From Bacteroidota bacterium (lineage in GTDB: Bacteria > Bacteroidota > Bacteroidia > Palsa-965), in the NCBI GenBank assembly GCA_046046005.1, contig JBJOKQ010000001.1:28-64027 (forward strand): a stretch of 64,000 nt of DNA, written 5' to 3'. Positions 59,707 through 64,000 of the stretch are shown here, piece by piece. Position 1 is the first letter of the stretch; each line of letters starts with the position of its first letter. Position numbers and translations under genes: made by a program. The notes beneath the pieces are model-generated. The model was given only the letters and a program-made list of their open reading frames with translations. It ran no database searches and was not told where the DNA came from.

Positions 59707-61158
59707 ATGAATATTCTTCAGCAAATCATTGCCTCGATGAACAAAGAGGAAGTGCGGCATCTAAAGCTTTTTATGAGCCGGACTAACGCTACATCTGACA
59801 GAAAAGATATAGAACTGTTCGATTACATTCGTCAGCGGCCGGAAGATTATGATGAAACTAAGATTCAGGCGAAGCTTTACGGAACTTCAGACAAGAACGC
59901 GCTGTACAGACTCAAGAACCGTTTGCTTGATGATATCGGGAAGAGCCTGACGTTGCAGTACAGCGACGAAAGCGATTTCAATCACATATCCGTAGCGTTG
60001 CAGTTGGCAAGGCATTTTATCGGGAATTCGCAATTTCAGATTGCGTTGCATTTTCTGGGAAAAGCAGAAAAGAAAGCGGTTGCTGCGGAAAACCACGAAT
60101 TACTGGAGCTGATATATTCTGAATATATACGTTACTCTCAGGAAACGCTTGGGGTTAATCCGGCAGAATATATCCGCAAGCGAAGAGAAAACCGCCAAGA
60201 GCTGAATGATATTCAGGAGATAGACGACATTCTTGCGGAAGTGGTTTATAAAGTGCGCACCACGCAGAATTTCACAGGACAAGATTATCGCATTATTGAG
60301 AATTTGCGGAAACGTGTTGCCGCGCTCAGTAAAAAAAGCAACGGCACGAAGAGTGCACAATTGCGTTTTAAAATTTATCATTCGTTAAGCCGCATTCTGC
60401 TGCAGAAGCACGACTATAAATCTTTGGAAAAATATTTGGTTGATACGCTTGCGGAATTTTCCCGCGATAAACTATTCACCAGAAATACCCACGATGCGCG
60501 TCTGCAAATGCTGACTTATCTGGCGAATGCACAATTTAAAAACAATCACTCAACAGCTTCGCTCGCCACTGCAGAAGAATTACGAAAAGCGCTTTCTGAA
60601 TACGGAGGATTGCTTCATGATAAATACCTGTTCTTCTATTACAACATTCTAGTAATTAATCATTCGGTACACAACAGAGACAAGGCAATTGAAGTACTGA
60701 ACGAGATTAAAGAAAATCAGGTTATCACGCGACAGCCGCATTACCATGTTTTCATTTATCTGAATCTGACCGTTCTTTATTTCGATAATTTCAATTATAA
60801 ATCTGCTTTGCGCAGTCTTGTTCGGTTGACAATGGAAGACGGATTCCAGAATCTCGATGTGTATCTCCGAATGAAAATTGCAATTGCGGAATTGATTATC
60901 CGTTACGAACTGAAAGATGAAGATTTTCTGAGCAAACGAATAGATCAGGTTGGTAAAGAATATTCAGAAGCACTAAAAACCAAAGAAGGAAAGCGTCATG
61001 CAGAAATGCTTGCTCTTCTCGACGAGTTTGCGCGGGCGGAATCTGTACTCCGCAACAAACCGCTTCAGAAAAAGATTGCAAATTTCATTGACAAAATGCC
61101 GAATCCTGTTGGAGATCTGATCAACTACAACAACTGGCTAGCTGGAAAGCAATATTGA
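59707..61158 (+). CDS. Hypothetical cytoplasmic all-alpha protein (TPR-like helical repeats)
   Basis: About 484 aa from the ATG at 59707 (MNILQQIIASMNKEE…). The track ORF starting at 59542 overlaps the upstream convergent gene. Confidence 0.4.
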   Translation: MNILQQIIASMNKEEVRHLKLFMSRTNATSDRKDIELFDYIRQRPEDYDETKIQAKLYGTSDKNALYRLKNRLLDDIGKSLTLQYSDESDFNHISVALQLARHFIGNSQFQIALHFLGKAEKKAVAAENHELLELIYSEYIRYSQETLGVNPAEYIRKRRENRQELNDIQEIDDILAEVVYKVRTTQNFTGQDYRIIENLRKRVAALSKKSNGTKSAQLRFKIYHSLSRILLQKHDYKSLEKYLVDTLAEFSRDKLFTRNTHDARLQMLTYLANAQFKNNHSTASLATAEELRKALSEYGGLLHDKYLFFYYNILVINHSVHNRDKAIEVLNEIKENQVITRQPHYHVFIYLNLTVLYFDNFNYKSALRSLVRLTMEDGFQNLDVYLRMKIAIAELIIRYELKDEDFLSKRIDQVGKEYSEALKTKEGKRHAEMLALLDEFARAESVLRNKPLQKKIANFIDKMPNPVGDLINYNNWLAGKQY

Positions 61159-63303
61159 TTATTTCTTCTTACCAGTCCGCTTTTCAATCGCGGTCCGCTC
61201 CTTGTTCTTGCGCACAGCGAGATCCCGATAGTATGCGCCTTTCTCGTTGTTTCCCTGACGGAAAAAGTACATTGACAAACGCTCCAGCCGAAGAGTATTT
61301 TCCGGATTGATTGCTGCCGCCTTTTCCAATACTGCCGCTGCTGAAACAGTATCGTTGTATTGCAGATATACAGTACTCATCGCATTGTACGGAACATCGG
61401 ATTTTGGATTTGCCTTAGCAGCATTTCGCAAAACATTCATTGCTGCGGACGAATCTTTGTAATGTGTCATGTAAACGCGACTCAGTTGATCTGCGCTGTT
61501 CACATATTCCGGATCCTGTTTCAATCCTTCTGAAAAATACCATACACAGGAATCCAGCATCGCGGAATCCGTTACAACATTCTTTGTTTTCGAAAGTTGT
61601 TCATACGACATACCGAGATTGAAATAAGCTTCGGCGTAATCGGCTTTTATAGCTATCGCTTTCTTAAAATACGGAACACCCTTTCTGTAATCCTCAGTGA
61701 AGTAATAGGCGGTCCCGAGGTTACTCCAGGCGGTGTAATAGGTCGGAAATATTTCTGTCGCCTGTGTATAATACTCGCGCGCCTCTCCGAAACGTTCAAC
61801 TGCGAAACGTTTTTTCTCCAGTGCCATTTGTTGTGCTTGCTGCGCCGCAGGATTGTTTCCCTGCATCATAAATTGCTGCGCCTGCATCAGAATCTGTTGT
61901 GCTTCGTAATTGGCCTGTGCAGCCTGAGCAGACAACAGCGAGCCAAGGAGCATATTGATTTTAGCAGACTCCGGTGCGAGCTCCACATCGTTTCTGTAAA
62001 GTGTTTCTTTGTTCTCCCACGCTTCATTACGCGCAATTGTCCGGATGCTGAAAAGCACAGCAATTCCAGCCAGTGTGAGTTTCAGATTTGAGGAAGTTGT
62101 TGTTTTCCATTCGAATGTTTCCGAGTTCGTTTTAAAAACACGGAACAAAACATCTATCGCAGCAATACAGAATCCCATTGATGCGATTGTCATGAAACGT
62201 TCGGCCATAATTCCCGGCGCAGGAGCTAAAATGTTTGAAAATGCCAGCGCATTGAGCAGGAAAAAAATCAAACCAAAACCGGTTGCAGTGCGTTTTCTGA
62301 ATTCCAGAAATGTATAAACCGCAAGAACCGCGCATACCGCAACACCCGCCAGTACAACAGGGTTCGACCATGTTGCAAGAGGAACCTCATTCAAACCATA
62401 ATAGAATATCAACGGATGCGGAATAAACATTAGCCACAGATACCGGGCCATTACATAAAACACAACAGGCAAAATTTCAAACCAGCCCATGTCGGTTAAC
62501 GGATTTTCAAATGGCAGGAGATCTCTTGAAGCTTCAGGCAATTTTGAAGTCAATGAGAGCTTCACGATAAAGGCGAGAAGAGCTAACACTCCCAAATACA
62601 ACGCAGGTTTGTGCCACTTTTGATTTGAAAAATACCAAACCGAAAATGGCGACAGTATTACAACAGGCAGAATGGATGTTTTAGAAAGTATTCCGAGAAG
62701 TGTATAGGTCGAAGCAAGTGCCAATTGAAAAATTGATCCGGTTTGACCGTGTTTCCAGGCGCTGCGCATCGTAAGAATTGCAAAGAACAGAGCAAGAATT
62801 TCATCGCGACATTTGATATTATCCACCGTTTCTGTATGAATGGGGTGAACCAGAAAAAGCAGAGCGATGAAGAACGGAAACCACCTCGACTTATTCGGAA
62901 ACCACATCCTCAACAAACTGAAAAACAGCAAAACCGTTATTGCAAACAACAGCACGTTGATGAAGTGACTGACGTGCGGCTTCTCGCCGAAAAACTGTAT
63001 TTCCAATGCAAAAGAAGCTACAGAAACCGGACGATACGAATAGCCTGAACCGTCGGTGTTGAAAAAGGTTCTGGACTTGAAAATTTCAGGTATTCCCTTG
63101 ATTCCTTGCTGGGTGAGTTTATTGGAGCCGGCAGTGTAGAACTCGTCGTCCAGAGCATATTCGTTGAAAATACCATTTCCGTATACAGCGAAAACGAGCA
63201 CAAACAACAAGACGCGCAGTCTGTTTTTTTGAAACCAGGCCTTAAGACCGCCTTGCTGCGTTTTTTTAGCTTCAATGGGACTCTTTTTCACTTTCGAACT
63301 CAT
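61159..63303 (-). CDS. Membrane protein with an N-terminal polytopic domain (PMT_2/TMTC-like) and C-terminal TPR repeats
   Basis: 714 aa. 10 or more TM helices in the N-terminal ~430 aa. C-terminal TPR-like repeats (…AWSNLGTAYY…, …AYFNLGMSYEQ…). Confidence 0.5.
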   Translation of the reverse strand: MSSKVKKSPIEAKKTQQGGLKAWFQKNRLRVLLFVLVFAVYGNGIFNEYALDDEFYTAGSNKLTQQGIKGIPEIFKSRTFFNTDGSGYSYRPVSVASFALEIQFFGEKPHVSHFINVLLFAITVLLFFSLLRMWFPNKSRWFPFFIALLFLVHPIHTETVDNIKCRDEILALFFAILTMRSAWKHGQTGSIFQLALASTYTLLGILSKTSILPVVILSPFSVWYFSNQKWHKPALYLGVLALLAFIVKLSLTSKLPEASRDLLPFENPLTDMGWFEILPVVFYVMARYLWLMFIPHPLIFYYGLNEVPLATWSNPVVLAGVAVCAVLAVYTFLEFRKRTATGFGLIFFLLNALAFSNILAPAPGIMAERFMTIASMGFCIAAIDVLFRVFKTNSETFEWKTTTSSNLKLTLAGIAVLFSIRTIARNEAWENKETLYRNDVELAPESAKINMLLGSLLSAQAAQANYEAQQILMQAQQFMMQGNNPAAQQAQQMALEKKRFAVERFGEAREYYTQATEIFPTYYTAWSNLGTAYYFTEDYRKGVPYFKKAIAIKADYAEAYFNLGMSYEQLSKTKNVVTDSAMLDSCVWYFSEGLKQDPEYVNSADQLSRVYMTHYKDSSAAMNVLRNAAKANPKSDVPYNAMSTVYLQYNDTVSAAAVLEKAAAINPENTLRLERLSMYFFRQGNNEKGAYYRDLAVRKNKERTAIEKRTGKKK

Positions 63304-63378
63304 GCTGCCGAAAGTACAAATTTCAACGTGTTGATACAGTTATTTTCCTATTTTTGAAGCGGTCAAACTCATCACTTA

Positions 63379-64000
63379 ATGAAGAAATTTTTACCAGCCG
63401 TTTTGGTTGCCCTTATTTTTTGCGGTTTCTCAATCGCAAAAGTTAACGCGCAGTGTGCTAACGATAACGTTCTCACAGCGGGGAATCTTACACCTCCCGG
63501 GGTGGCTTTGTCAACAACACAGAACTTCCAATGCGGTCAGTATGTAGTGGCCCAAGTTGTAAGCGGTGCGAATTACACTGTAGCGACTTGCAGCAACAGT
63601 TCATTCGATTCTCAGATTACCGTATACGATGATGTTACCGGAGCTTTCATTGCATACAACGATGATGGCTGCGGAGTCCTCAGTACGGTTTCGTTCACAG
63701 CAACAAATTGCAACACTGTCAGGATTTTGCTGGATCAGTATTTCTGTACTACATCAACTTCTTCTTTGGATGTTACAATGACAATGAATACCGCGGGTTC
63801 GGGAGCGCCTACTCTAACTCCTGCTTCGGATTCTGCAGAATGTTTCGGAGGAACAACTACTATTGGGGTTGTTTCAAACGGTTCCGGAGGTGTACCTCCG
63901 TATAACTATTCATGGCTTCCGATCACGAACCTGTCGTCACCAACTGCGTCTCAAACAGCAGTAACTTCTGTTACGTCAAATGCAACATACACGCTTACAA
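63379..64000 (+). CDS. Secreted protein, 5' partial (runs off the window end); Cys- and Thr-rich, probably another cell-surface/T9SS cargo
   Basis: ATG at 63379 with signal peptide MKKFLPAVLVALIFCGFSIAKVNAQ. Open to the end of the window. Confidence 0.5.
   Translation, partial: MKKFLPAVLVALIFCGFSIAKVNAQCANDNVLTAGNLTPPGVALSTTQNFQCGQYVVAQVVSGANYTVATCSNSSFDSQITVYDDVTGAFIAYNDDGCGVLSTVSFTATNCNTVRILLDQYFCTTSTSSLDVTMTMNTAGSGAPTLTPASDSAECFGGTTTIGVVSNGSGGVPPYNYSWLPITNLSSPTASQTAVTSVTSNATYTLT

Overview
This is a 64-kb chromosomal window from a probable Bacteroidota genome. Evidence for that: many secreted proteins carry T9SS type-A or type-B C-terminal sorting domains, lipoprotein signal peptides are frequent, and moderate-GC genes alternate with AT-rich intergenic DNA. 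Most of the window is housekeeping: recO, mnmG, ybeY, gltX, folB, ttcA, nadA, rpiB, rnr, a ferritin, lutB, a DAHP synthase, a KdsC-like phosphatase, tRNA-Arg(CCG) and tRNA-Cys(GCA). Regulatory genes include an RsbW-like kinase, a TPR-PP2C phosphatase, a STAS-like protein, and a very large multi-PAS histidine kinase with a LytTR response regulator. The most unusual content is a three-gene minus-strand operon at 5444-11034. It encodes a kleisin-like protein, a small acidic protein and an 1164-aa SMC-like ATPase. This is the JetA/JetB/JetC (MksF/MksE/MksB) arrangement of Wadjet/MksBEF systems, but no JetD/MksG nuclease gene follows it. Where that fourth gene would sit there is instead a structured repeat cluster. 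Other non-coding structures worth a second look: an imperfect tandem duplication of the tRNA-Arg 3' end with its terminators, a 157-bp tandem duplication with four operator-like 44-bp sub-repeats between tRNA-Cys and ttcA, and matched CACGTG-centred palindromes in two successive promoter regions. The leftmost gene is a frameshifted SBBP beta-propeller gene with an unrecognised cysteine-containing C-terminal region. No transposase, integrase or CRISPR array was seen. All calls come from reading translated ORFs and DNA by eye; no database searches were possible.
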